Below, piece after piece: positions 20,858 through 30,384 of a stretch of DNA of 64,000 bases. The position numbers were made by a program, and so were the translations under genes. The stretch lies in NCBI GenBank assembly GCA_041660605.1, contig JBAZWB010000001.1, positions 137,295 through 201,294 on the forward strand, written 5' to 3'. The stretch is from Patescibacteria group bacterium. GTDB lineage: Bacteria; Patescibacteriota; Patescibacteriia; UBA10025; JAHIVO01. The notes under the pieces were generated by a model that was not told the DNA's origin, made no database searches, and saw only the letters and a program-made list of their open reading frames with translations. Numbering within the stretch: the first letter of the stretch is position 1; every line of letters starts with the position of its first letter.

Positions 20858-21691
20858 ATGTCAGATTTTCTTGTTACCACTAGGCTCACGCTCAATGCCT
20901 GTTTTAGGTCACACTGGCATTGTCATGAATCCATAACGTATGGCAATGTTACAGATCAGTGTCGAGCTGATTTGGGGCAAAACGCCCTTGACGTTCCAGA
21001 GTGTCCAACTGAGGAATGGTGTGAAGCGCGAGGCGGGAGTAGTCATTTCGTATTTATTCCAGTTTTTTGCAAAGCCTGCAATGTGTGGACATTCCACGCA
21101 TACTCGAATTTTGGTGGGGACGCCTACTATAAGTGGAAAACATTCCGATTTTGGCAGTTTGGCGACTCATCGTCAGTTGACTTCAGGTTCGTTGCGAGCT
21201 ATCATAGCGAAAAACCATTTTGCGGTATTATTGAAATGGTTGTTCGTTTTGGCTGGCGGCTTCGAAAATCTATTCATTTTAGGTTTCCGATTACAGAATT
21301 TTCAAATACGCCATGTTTCTCGTTCAAGGCTGCTTTGCTAAAGTCGTTTCTTTACAACTCTACTTTAGTTGAAGGGAGTAGTAGGCGATTCGCAAAACTA
21401 TGTCAATTTTCTCAAGATGAGGCATTGCAGAATTTTTTCCCTCAGCTGGCGGGTTATGAAAGTAAAGCCGAACTGTTGAAGCGAAATGCAATTGCGACGG
21501 TATTTGATCTTCACCGACTGAAGGATAGCATCCAGGCCCCATCGTTGCAGTTGACGCGCGAGGTATTACAGCGCGCAGTATTGGATTACGACCCAGAATC
21601 GCGTAAAATATTCCTCGACGCAGGTATTCCGTTACCGGAATCGGGGCAATCGCAAACTGGAGAAATCCGCGGAACAAACGTTCCTGGCTGA
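20858..21691 (+). CDS. Hypothetical Cys/Trp/Phe-rich protein (277 aa)
   Basis: Strong RBS AGGAGG and TTGACA-N17-TATCGT promoter upstream; no motif recognised. Confidence 0.45.
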   Translation: MSDFLVTTRLTLNACFRSHWHCHESITYGNVTDQCRADLGQNALDVPECPTEEWCEARGGSSHFVFIPVFCKACNVWTFHAYSNFGGDAYYKWKTFRFWQFGDSSSVDFRFVASYHSEKPFCGIIEMVVRFGWRLRKSIHFRFPITEFSNTPCFSFKAALLKSFLYNSTLVEGSSRRFAKLCQFSQDEALQNFFPQLAGYESKAELLKRNAIATVFDLHRLKDSIQAPSLQLTREVLQRAVLDYDPESRKIFLDAGIPLPESGQSQTGEIRGTNVPG

Positions 21692-21848
21692 TAGCTACCA
21701 AAGTTCATTTTATCCCGGGATTGAGGAAACTCAGTCCCGATTTTTTATGTATTTAAAGAACTATTCTAATAAAAAATTGTTCTAAGCAATTAGTTTGTCA
21801 AAACACATTTAATAACCTATAATTCAGTCAGAAGATTAAATCAAAAAT

Positions 21849-22346
21849 ATGCCGGAAATTATCCAGGAAAAAAATGACAATATTTCTGCGGATAATGACG
21901 CCTTGATCGCGGGCAAAAGCCCGTCGTTTTACTGGCAGGCCAGCCGCTGGTTTGCCTTGCTTTTAGTTGTACTGGAAGCATTGAATATCAAGTTTGATTT
22001 TTTCAAATACGCGGAGTGGGTGATTATTGTGGCGGTTTTTGCTGTTTTTGCCTTTTGGCTGCAAACTCGCAGGCGAATCAGTCTGACCGCGGCCCTGGTT
22101 GCCGGCGTTTTTCTGGGCGTTATTTCCGGTTTATTGCTGGCAATTTTTGACATTATTTGGTATCATCAATGGTGGTACCTGCTGAATCTTATCAGAATGC
22201 CATTTATAAACACGGCGGTGGGGGCAGCGACTATATTAGTTTTCTATCTATTGATTCAAAGTTTAAAAAACAATAAAATTTTTAAAGCCTCGAAAGGGGG
22301 TGGCAATTATGGAGGAAAAGAAACCAACTACAGTAAATACCGATAG
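21849..22346 (+). CDS. Hypothetical membrane protein (about 4 TM)
   Basis: Hydrophobicity pattern. Confidence 0.5.
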   Translation: MPEIIQEKNDNISADNDALIAGKSPSFYWQASRWFALLLVVLEALNIKFDFFKYAEWVIIVAVFAVFAFWLQTRRRISLTAALVAGVFLGVISGLLLAIFDIIWYHQWWYLLNLIRMPFINTAVGAATILVFYLLIQSLKNNKIFKASKGGGNYGGKETNYSKYR

Positions 22347-22611
22347 CAATTTAATGGGCGCTTTATCGTATGTCTGGATACTCAGCGTGGTGATGTTGAT
22401 CATAAAAAAGGACGATGAATTCGTGAAATTTCATGCCAAACAGGGTTTGATTCTTTTTATCGCGTCTTTTATCGGCGTAGTACCGGTGATCGGCTGGGCA
22501 ATCTGGCTGGTGGTAGTGGTCCTGGATATCGTCGGATTTATCAAAGCTTTATCGGGTGAGAGATACAAAATGCCGGTTATCGGCGACATCGCTGGCAAAA
22601 TTAAACTATAA
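22300..22611 (+). CDS. Small membrane protein, DUF4870/Tic20-like (tentative)
   Basis: Pattern GALSYVWILSVV ... KFHAKQGLILFI ... GWAIWLVVVVLDIV recalled as typical of that family; overlaps the upstream ORF. Confidence 0.4.
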   Translation: MAIMEEKKPTTVNTDSNLMGALSYVWILSVVMLIIKKDDEFVKFHAKQGLILFIASFIGVVPVIGWAIWLVVVVLDIVGFIKALSGERYKMPVIGDIAGKIKL

Positions 22612-22714
22612 ATATTACCGTTTAATAAGATAATATTACAAAGAGTCCGATTTTAATATTCGGGCTTTTTGTGTTATAATTATAGAAAGATTATTATTTA
22701 TTAACTATTTTTTT

Positions 22715-25117
22715 ATGGCAAAAAAAATGAACAGGCAGATAAAAACAATTCTTTGGTTTAATGAAATCGGCATCAAAGATGTGCCCCTGGTTGGCGGCAA
22801 AAACGCTTCCCTGGGTGAAATGTACCGCAATCTGGTGCAGAAAGGCGTATTGGTACCCAACGGCTTCGCCATTACGGCCAGCGCTTATTTTTATTTAATA
22901 AAAGAAGCGGGCATCATGCAGCGCATACGCCAGATATTATCCGACCTGAATACCAAGAGTCTGAAAAATTTAATGGTACGCGGCGCAAAGGTTCGTCAGA
23001 CGATTTTACACGCTGAAATACCGGCGGATTTAAAACAGGAAATCGTCGTTTCCTATAGAAAATTAGAAAAAAAATACGGGAAGAACTGCGATGTAGCGGT
23101 TCGTTCTTCTGCAACAGCTGAAGATCTACCCGATGCTTCGTTCGCCGGACAGCAGGAGACCTATCTGAACATCCGCGGCGAGAAGGCACTGCTGGAAGCC
23201 TGCAAAAAATGTTTTGCCTCTTTATTTACCAACCGCGCTATTTCTTACCGCGTAGACAAAGGCTTTGACCATTTCAAAATCGGCCTGTCCATCGGCGTGC
23301 AGAAAATGGCTCGTTCGGACAAGGCCTGCTCCGGCGTGATGTTTTCCATTGATACCGAATCAGGATTTAAAAATGCAGTATTGATAAACGGTTCCTGGGG
23401 GCTAGGTGAAAATATCGTGCAGGGCGCGGTTACTCCGGATGAATTCTATATTTTCAAACCCACGCTGGATAAATACAAGCCGATTTTAACGAGAAAGCTG
23501 GGCACCAAGCTTATAAAAATGGTGTACAGCACCGGCGCGCAGCCGACTAAGAATATTCCCACTACTACCGAGGAAAGGAATAAATACGTTTTAACGGACA
23601 AGGAAATTCTACAGCTGGCCAAATGGGCGGTAGTCATTGAAAAACATTACAAAAAACCCATGGACATGGAATGGGCTAAGGATGGAGTTGATAATAAGCT
23701 TTATATTGTACAAGCGCGCCCGGAAACCGTGCAGTCCCAGCGCGACATGTCCGTTCTGGAAGAATATCAGCTGGGCAAGAAGGGGAAAGTGCTGGCAGTC
23801 GGTTCGCCGGTTGGAGCGAAGATTGGATCCGGCACTGCGCGGGTAATCTTTGACGTAAAAAATATTAGCGAATTTAAAAAAGGCGAGGTGCTAGTTACCG
23901 ATATGACGGATCCGGACTGGGAGCCGATCATGAAAATCGCCTCGGCCATTATAACTAACCGCGGCGGACGTACCTGCCACGCGGCCATCATTTCCCGCGA
24001 ACTCGGCATTCCCTGCATCGTCGGTACCGGTAACGCCACTCGCCTGATAAAAACCGGCCGCAAAGTAACCGTTTCCTGCGCCGAAGGCGAGGAAGGCTAT
24101 GTTTATGACGGCATTATGCCTTATAAAGTGAAAAGGACTAATCTGAAAAAGCTAGGCCGCCCGCGCACCAAGATTATGATGAATATCGGCACTCCGGAAA
24201 TGGCTTTCAGCCAGAGCTTCATACCGAATGACGGCGTGGGTTTGGCGCGCGAGGAATTTATCATTTCCAGCTATATCAAAATTCATCCGCAGGCTTTATT
24301 AAAATATCCAAGATTGAAAGATAAGAAAGCTGTTAAGCAGATCGCTGAACTTACCGCTATGTATAAAAATAAACCGCAATATTATGTAGATAAACTGGCC
24401 TCTGGCCTGGCCTTGATTGGCGCGGCTTTCTACCCCAAGGACGTGATTTTCCGCCTGGCTGATTTCAAATCCAATGAATATGCTAACCTTATCGGCGGCA
24501 AGGAATTTGAACCGGTAGAGGACAATCCTATGATCGGCTGGCGCGGTGCTTCCCGCTATTACGACGAGAATTACAAGGCGGCTTTCGCCCTGGAGTGCCA
24601 GGCTTTTAAGAAAGTCCGTGACGGAATGGGTCTCCATAACATCAAAGTAATGGTACCGTTCTGCCGTACGGTGGAGGAAGGCAAGAAAGTTATCGCGGAA
24701 ATGGCTAAAAACGGGCTGAAACACGGCGAAAAGGGTTTGGAAATATATGTGATGTGCGAAATACCCTCCAATGTCATTATCGCCGAGGAGTTCTGCAAAA
24801 TTTTTGATGGGTTTTCCATCGGCACCAATGATTTAACCCAGTTAACCCTGGGAGTTGACCGCGATTCAGAGCTGGTCGCCCATGTCTATGACGAACGCAA
24901 TCTGGCGGTGAAAAGGCTGGTCTCGGGAATTATCAGGGCGGGTAAAAAATATCACCGCAAGGTTGGTATCTGCGGTCAGGCGCCGTCTGATTATCCGGAA
25001 TTCGCCAGGTTTATCACCAAAGAGGGCATTGACAGTATGTCATTAAATCCTGATACGATAATTAAAACCACCATTGATATTATCAAGACGGAGAAGTCGC
25101 TGAAAAAGAGAAAATAA
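22715..25117 (+). CDS. ppsA: Phosphoenolpyruvate synthase (pyruvate, water dikinase)
   Basis: 800 aa; ATP-grasp N-terminal region, mobile phospho-His domain (GGRTCHAAIISRELGIPCIVG), PEP-utilizing C-terminal barrel. Confidence 0.9.
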   Translation: MAKKMNRQIKTILWFNEIGIKDVPLVGGKNASLGEMYRNLVQKGVLVPNGFAITASAYFYLIKEAGIMQRIRQILSDLNTKSLKNLMVRGAKVRQTILHAEIPADLKQEIVVSYRKLEKKYGKNCDVAVRSSATAEDLPDASFAGQQETYLNIRGEKALLEACKKCFASLFTNRAISYRVDKGFDHFKIGLSIGVQKMARSDKACSGVMFSIDTESGFKNAVLINGSWGLGENIVQGAVTPDEFYIFKPTLDKYKPILTRKLGTKLIKMVYSTGAQPTKNIPTTTEERNKYVLTDKEILQLAKWAVVIEKHYKKPMDMEWAKDGVDNKLYIVQARPETVQSQRDMSVLEEYQLGKKGKVLAVGSPVGAKIGSGTARVIFDVKNISEFKKGEVLVTDMTDPDWEPIMKIASAIITNRGGRTCHAAIISRELGIPCIVGTGNATRLIKTGRKVTVSCAEGEEGYVYDGIMPYKVKRTNLKKLGRPRTKIMMNIGTPEMAFSQSFIPNDGVGLAREEFIISSYIKIHPQALLKYPRLKDKKAVKQIAELTAMYKNKPQYYVDKLASGLALIGAAFYPKDVIFRLADFKSNEYANLIGGKEFEPVEDNPMIGWRGASRYYDENYKAAFALECQAFKKVRDGMGLHNIKVMVPFCRTVEEGKKVIAEMAKNGLKHGEKGLEIYVMCEIPSNVIIAEEFCKIFDGFSIGTNDLTQLTLGVDRDSELVAHVYDERNLAVKRLVSGIIRAGKKYHRKVGICGQAPSDYPEFARFITKEGIDSMSLNPDTIIKTTIDIIKTEKSLKKRK

Positions 25118-25275
25118 ATTCAGTTTAAATTTTAAACCGGTTGCTATATGGCAGCCGGTTTTTCATTTAATCCTGATGGTTTTTAGTCGTGGTTTTGTTG
25201 CAATCAGCTGTGCCTGTTGTATTGACTAAAGGTTTTAAACGGGAGGCTAGCGGAGACATATTGGTTAAAAACCGC

Positions 25276-25645
25276 TTACGTTGCTAATCTTTAATCGAGA
25301 TTTCTCCACTCCTCTTCGGCTACGCTCAGAGTCGGTCGAAATGACAGACGTTTGTTCTGGTAAAACCCTTATGACAGGCACTTACGTTTGTCGCCTCGAC
25401 CGATCCCGTCATCCTTCGGTGAGTGGTAGGAGTCCCCGTTGGACACAACTAACGTTGCTAATCTTCAACCGAGATTTCTCCGCTCCTCTTCGGCTACGCT
25501 CAGAGTCGGTCGAAGTGACACACGCCGATGGATTATCAACACCGAGCTACAAACTCAACCAACGCCTGTCACCTCGACCGAGTCACGCGGAGCGTGATGA
25601 GTGGAGAGGTCTCTGTAAATGCCACCTCACTCATTCATACCACCC
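25276..25645. repeat. Array of structured modular repeats (two tandem units containing cgagatttctcc...tcggtcgaa[a/g]tgaca plus tgtcNcctcgaccga inverted modules) that abuts and overlaps the 3' end of the GIY-YIG gene
   Basis: Internal tandem copies at 25297-25346 and 25469-25520; homologous to 10478-10546, 26015-26300 and 29569-29925. Confidence 0.8.
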
Positions 25646-25924
25646 CTCGCTCAAATCATTCCAACAGGGATTCATATTATTAATTAACCATTCTTTTTTT
25701 CCCCGTCGCCACCGTTTTATTTGTTTTTCCCTTTGTATCGCCACAAAAATATCGTCATGCACTTCGTAATACACTAGCTTGTTAACATTATACTTATTAG
25801 TAAAACCAGGATTTACTTTAGTCTTATGTTGCCAAACCCGACTTTCAAGATTTGAAGTCACCCCGACATACAAAACATTCTTTCTTTTATTAGTCAAAAT
25901 ATAAACGTAATATTGCCTTGCCAT
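25631..25924 (-). CDS. Small GIY-YIG nuclease-domain protein (YhbQ/UPF0213-like, 97 aa)
   Basis: YYVYILTN...LYVGVT..L..R..QH motif. Confidence 0.8.
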   Translation of the reverse strand: MARQYYVYILTNKRKNVLYVGVTSNLESRVWQHKTKVNPGFTNKYNVNKLVYYEVHDDIFVAIQREKQIKRWRRGKKEWLINNMNPCWNDLSEGWYE

Positions 25925-26014
25925 AATAAAAATTCCTTCCGTTTGGGGAAGGCTATGCTGTTATGCTACTACTTTTTCGAATGTTGTCAAATACTACCAG
26001 CATTTTTTATTCAA

Positions 26015-26300
26015 GCCGAGATTTCTCCACTCCCACCGCTTGCGCGGCGGTCGGTCGAAATGACAGACGTTTGTTCAGGTAAAACCCTAATGACTGGCAT
26101 TCACGCTTGTCATGTCGACCCCCTCGACTACGCCCCTTCGATAAACTCAGAGGCTACGCTCGGGGCAGGCTTTACGGAGACATCTCTGTTAATTACCACC
26201 CACGTTATTCGCCCTAATCGAGATTTCTCGACGAAGTTTACCCTGAGCATAGCCGATGTGCTCGAAGTGACAAATATGGCGGATAAAAAAAGAAACGGTT
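26015..26300. repeat. Second locus of the modular repeat family, including an inverted copy of the ccccgagcgtagcc...ggggcgtagtcgaggg module and a terminal AACGGTTGC/GCAACCGTT hairpin
   Basis: Shares cgagatttctc, tcggtcgaaatgacagacgtttgtt, gtgacaaNNtggcggataaaaa with loci B and D; one module is the reverse complement of its copy in locus D. Confidence 0.8.
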
Positions 26301-26726
26301 GCTTTCTAGGGCAACCGTTCTGTAGGTGTAAAAATCCAATACTAAAGGAAGCTATTAATCTCGGCTAGAGACTAATAGACTCCCGGACTTGGTCGTCAAG
26401 TGAACCTAGAGGGGAAAAATCTTTTCCAGTCCAGTGCTCCCTTGGTAGGGATATGTATGCCATCCCATGCAACTTTTAGCCGGGCGGCACACACTAGGCA
26501 CACAAAGCTCCTGCAGAGGAGCAGACCAATGTCCGGGAAGGATCGATGCAGCAAATTAATGTACATAGATTTCCCTCCACGGTTATTCTTCAATTAGGAT
26601 AGCAGTTGCATTTTATTTGTCAATTTTTTAACGAATTATTACTGGCAATTACGCTTGACTTAAGGCCTGGACTTTGTTAGGATTTTTTAATTAGTTCTTT
26701 GATATCATAACAAATGGAGACAGAAA

Positions 26727-29045
26727 ATGACGCAAATTGTCGGTTTCGAGTTTGAGGAAGTAGTAGTAGTCGCGGAAAGCCCACACGATATTTTTTCTCC
26801 CCAGCTGCGCAAAGCCGGCATCAAATACAAAAGATGTTCGGAACGCGAGGCGCGGGAGTTAATACTCGGAGATTCTGCGCTTATCATTGTCGTGAATTTA
26901 GGCGCTGAAAAAGTAGGCGAGCGGTTAAGAGCTCTATTTCCCCGAGCGCAGGTAGTTGTCTGTACCGGCGGCGAGAAGGTTTTTGATCCGCGGGTAGTCG
27001 TAGTGCACGGGAAAGGCGAGCATGACCTGCACCGCTTTTCCGACTGGGGAGGCTTTATCAGGCTTATTGGCCAACGGTTAAAGCCGCTGCCCAGGATTTT
27101 CACGCCGGTTCCCGGAGGGCACGACCTGTTTACTTATCTTCAGCCGGAGGAAGATGACTATGCGTACTGTCCGCAAGGGCTCAGCGACGCTTCCGGCACT
27201 ATGCTGAATATGTCCATAGTTTATCTGCGCTGGTACCGGCAGTGGCTGGAGGATGTCAGCAAAATTTCTTTTGATTGCCACTTCAGTTTTTCCGGCAAGA
27301 AAAGAAAAGTCAGGCGCGTGACGGTGCTGGTGGATGAAGTGACATTTATTCATCTTGGGCTGCCGATTTTCCACGAGGAAGACCGGGTGACATTCTTTGA
27401 CTCTGGCGGCAACGAGCACCGGGCTATTGTTGAGCGCATCGGCGATGAAGAAATGAAACTGTATTTTCCGGAAGAGTTGGACCGTTTTGTCGCGGAAGAT
27501 CTGGTTTTTTTCCAGAGAGATGTGGACAACGGCCTGATTGAGGCGCAACTGCAGCTTTGCGAGAATTTTACCACGGGCATGATTGCCAATTATTCCCTTC
27601 CCTGGCTAGTGGCTACCGGCCAGTACAGAAATCAGCAGGCTGACCCGCAAGATAGAGTTTGCTTGCCTGAACGTGAATGGCGCAGGCTGTCCCAGGACCG
27701 TTCGCAGTGTTTGGCCCTGGTTGACATGGTTGGGACGGCTAATTTGGTTTTTACCAATGGACCAGCCGGTACGGGCAAGACTTTCGTTATCTCGCAAGCC
27801 ATACCCCAAAATATCAGTCGCAGGAAAGTCACGCTAGTGCTATCCCATTCCAACAGGGGACTGGATAATATGATAGCCGCCATTGCCAAGCGGTTTACTG
27901 ATCATCGTCTTATTTATCGCCTGGGCAATAGCCAGGATAGCGTGGCTCCAGAGGCACTGCCTTTTCACCGGAGCCAGCGCTTCCGCGGTCCTGACGATAG
28001 GCCGTATCCAGAGGCACGGCAGGCTATGGAGGAGACTCGTAACATTTTGGAGCAATTAGATTTTGGCGACGGCATTGTCATTGGGTGCACCTTGACCTCG
28101 TTCTGGCTGGATAAGACGATGCTAGCTTTGCAGAAGAGCGGGATCCGGTTCCAGGTCGCTTATGTGGACGAAGCTTCGCGCTGCTATTTCTTTGAGCTGC
28201 TGCCTATCCTGCGCGCGGTGGCGGAAAAAGTCATTTTTGTCCTTGATCCCGAACAGCTGGGCAATATCGGCTTGTCTCCCCAGGCTAAGGATCACTTGGT
28301 GCAAAAAGGTTTTGAACCCGGGCAAATTGACGAATTCTTGGCAGGCTGGCCGGCCAGTGTCATTAAGAAGCGCCTGCTTAATTCCAGGATGCTGACAGTC
28401 AACAGGCGTTCCTTGCCTGTGATTTGCCGGCTGGTTAGTGAGGTTTTTTACGACGGTGAGCTTGAATCCGGACGTTTTGATCCGAATAATTCCGGGCAGG
28501 TTATTTTCTACGATACGGCCGCCGCGCAGGATAAGGGCCAGGAACGGCATCACAAATCTTTCAAGAATAGGCGTGAGGCTAATATAGCCGTTAGCTATGT
28601 TGTTAAACGCCTGGCTGCCGGCACAGCGCCAGATCAGATTGGGATTATTACTCCTTACCGGGGACAGATCGGCCTGATCCGGGGCAAGCTACGGCAAGAA
28701 TTGCTTTTTAACGACAAGCTGAAAGCGGTTCGCCAGCGGTATAACATTAACGCTGAAACTATTGATGCCATAGCCACTGCCATGGTGGATACGGTGGATG
28801 CTTTCCAGGGATCAGAGCGGACAGAGATAATCCTAAGCTTCGTCCGCTCAAATGACGAAGGCGACGTGGGTTTCAACCGCTTCGTCAACCGTTTATTGGT
28901 GGCGTTCTCGCGAGCCCGCAACCGCCTGGTGATAATCGGGGATACGCAGACTTTCCTGGCTTCGGAATTTCCAGAAGTGGTCAGGATATTCAAGCAGGTA
29001 ATTGAGTACGTGAAAAAGTATGGTACATACGTGGAGGTAAAATAA
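26727..29045 (+). CDS. Superfamily-1 helicase, Upf1/DNA2-like (AAA_11/AAA_12-type), with an unrecognised N-terminal region of about 330 aa
   Basis: Walker A FTNGPAGTGKTF, Walker B-like VDEASRC, C-terminal VDAFQGSER...NRLLVAFSRARNRLVIIGD; GC-richer than surroundings. Confidence 0.75.
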   Translation: MTQIVGFEFEEVVVVAESPHDIFSPQLRKAGIKYKRCSEREARELILGDSALIIVVNLGAEKVGERLRALFPRAQVVVCTGGEKVFDPRVVVVHGKGEHDLHRFSDWGGFIRLIGQRLKPLPRIFTPVPGGHDLFTYLQPEEDDYAYCPQGLSDASGTMLNMSIVYLRWYRQWLEDVSKISFDCHFSFSGKKRKVRRVTVLVDEVTFIHLGLPIFHEEDRVTFFDSGGNEHRAIVERIGDEEMKLYFPEELDRFVAEDLVFFQRDVDNGLIEAQLQLCENFTTGMIANYSLPWLVATGQYRNQQADPQDRVCLPEREWRRLSQDRSQCLALVDMVGTANLVFTNGPAGTGKTFVISQAIPQNISRRKVTLVLSHSNRGLDNMIAAIAKRFTDHRLIYRLGNSQDSVAPEALPFHRSQRFRGPDDRPYPEARQAMEETRNILEQLDFGDGIVIGCTLTSFWLDKTMLALQKSGIRFQVAYVDEASRCYFFELLPILRAVAEKVIFVLDPEQLGNIGLSPQAKDHLVQKGFEPGQIDEFLAGWPASVIKKRLLNSRMLTVNRRSLPVICRLVSEVFYDGELESGRFDPNNSGQVIFYDTAAAQDKGQERHHKSFKNRREANIAVSYVVKRLAAGTAPDQIGIITPYRGQIGLIRGKLRQELLFNDKLKAVRQRYNINAETIDAIATAMVDTVDAFQGSERTEIILSFVRSNDEGDVGFNRFVNRLLVAFSRARNRLVIIGDTQTFLASEFPEVVRIFKQVIEYVKKYGTYVEVK

Positions 29046-29568
29046 GTAAAAAAATAGGGTGGCTGTGGCAAACAGTCACCCTTTAGTTTTTTGGTCAGGT
29101 CCAAGCTTTATTAAATGCCTTGCAAGTTGCATATAATATTTTTGCCTATACCCCTTCGAATGCCATCAGTGAGGTAAGGAAGCCAGTTAACGTAAGCGTT
29201 AACCTAGTAAAAGGACCGGACCCCTCTTCGAACTCCACCGTGGGTCTTCGCCGTAGTCAACTGCTCATCGCCGTCATGACATATATGATAAGAAGACCAT
29301 TGGCCGTGCAACCACCTACGAATTGCACTGACCAGCTGCCTGCTCCCAGAGAGATTTTCTCTCTTGAACAGGGGCGGAATTGAAGAGGAAATGAACCCTG
29401 CTGGGACTATCCCAAAAGCGAACCTTTGAGAAAGTAGCATTAGAGAACCTCCTCCCTATTCCAGAAATGTAACCGTCCGTACACTAGGCACTGCGACTGT
29501 TACGTGCATATCTTAGCAGAATAAATAATACTGTCAAGGGATTTTTAATGAATTTGAACTCACGCGAT

Positions 29569-29925
29569 TGTCTCCTCGACCGATCCCGTCATCCGTCAGG
29601 GGAGTGGCGGGAACCTCCGTTAAACATAACTAACTTTGTTAATCTCCAAGTCGAGATTTCTCCATTCGTCCTCGTTCCACTCGGGCTCAGTCGAAATGAC
29701 ATGCGTTTTTTGACGACAAACAACACTTGATAAAACCACCCACGTCTGTCATGTCGACCGAGTTACGCGTAGCGTGATGAGCGGAGACATCTCGGTTAAA
29801 CACCACCTCAGCCAGCCCTAACCGAGATTTCTCCATTCAATCTGCCCCGAGCGTAGCCTCTGAGTTTATCGAAGGGGCGTAGTCGAAGGGCTCGAGGTGA
29901 CAAGCGTGGCGGATAAAAAGAGGCG
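29569..29925. repeat. Third large locus of the modular repeat family
   Basis: Contains tgtcNcctcgaccgatcccgtcatcc, aactaacNttgNtaatct..cgagatttctcc, tcagtcgaaatgaca and ggtgacaagcgtggcggataaaaag modules. Confidence 0.8.
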
Positions 29926-30145
29926 GCAATCGTATAAGTTCCATTGGCATGAACCCCCCTTGTTTTATAATCAAAGGGTGGTATGATATACTGATTTTAG
30001 GCATTTTTTAACAAAAAGATGCAGAGGTGAGTTTAACTACGTTTTTTAAGAAGCTGCATCTAAAGTGCAATCAAAGCGGAGAGGTCGCCCCGCCTCCGTA
30101 AAAACTCCGGCGGGGCAGGCATAGTGTAATATATTTCATCAGAAT

Positions 30146-30213
30146 GGAGGGATCGCATAGTTGGTCTAGTGCGCACGCCCCGAAGAATACTCGCTTCGCT
30201 CGTATCTACGGGG
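30146..30213 (+). pseudogene. Partial duplicate of the tRNA-Ser 5' end (29 nt, 30146-30174, 2 mismatches) fused to a CCCCG...CGCTTCGCTC...CGGGG hairpin element (30175-30213)
   Basis: ggagggatcgcatagttggtctagtgcgc versus ggaagggtcgcatagttggtctagtgcgc of the intact tRNA 90 nt downstream. Confidence 0.7.
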
Positions 30214-30267
30214 TAAACTTGGAAAGTAGTTTTTAAAAAAGCAGATATTATTTATTGGGCTCGGAGC

Positions 30268-30356
30268 GGAAGGGTCGCATAGTTGGTCTAGTGCGCTTGC
30301 TTGGAAAGCAAGTAAAGGCCAAAAGCCTTTCGCGAGTTCGAATCTCGCCCCTTCCG
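30268..30356 (+). tRNA. tRNA-Ser (anticodon GGA), type II, CCA not encoded
   Basis: Manual fold: acceptor GGAAGGG/CCCTTCC, D-arm GCAT..GTGC, anticodon stem CTTGC/GCAAG with loop TTGGAAA, variable arm AAAGGC-caaaa-GCCTTT, T-arm GCGAG-TTCGAAT-CTCGC. Confidence 0.8.
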
Positions 30357-30384
30357 CTCCGGATCTTATTAGATAGTATAGTTG

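Noticed and set aside
25281-25769. 162-aa ORF on the plus strand spanning repeat locus B and overlapping the GIY-YIG gene
   Set aside because: It translates repeat DNA (internally repetitive peptide RLRSESVE..), overlaps a well-supported minus-strand gene, and has no start context.
26500-26570. SRP (4.5S) RNA domain IV-like sequence GTCCGGGAAGGA...GCAGC
   Set aside because: Only a partial resemblance to GUCCGGAAGGAAGCAGC, with an extra nucleotide in the tetraloop and a shifted GCAGC; no convincing helix 8 pairing could be drawn.
26380-26600. Possible RNase P RNA (minus strand reads ...CAAGTCCGGGAGTC..., resembling the P4 GGAAAGTCCGGGCUCC motif, and ...GCCGCCCGGCTAAAAG..., resembling ACAGAACCCGGCUUA)
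   Set aside because: The two motifs occur in the wrong 5'-to-3' order on either strand, and the other universally conserved regions (AGGGUGAAA..GGUGCGGUAAGAGCGCACC) are absent.
26727-27700. PD-(D/E)xK nuclease motif in the helicase N-terminal region (GDSALIIVVNLGAEK)
   Set aside because: The spacing gives D...EK rather than D...(D/E)xK, and there is no supporting second motif; it is left as an unknown domain.
25276-29925. CRISPR array interpretation of the cgagatttctcc / tcggtcgaaatgaca repeats
   Set aside because: Repeat spacing is irregular, the units are long and composite with inverted sub-modules, and no cas genes are present in the window.
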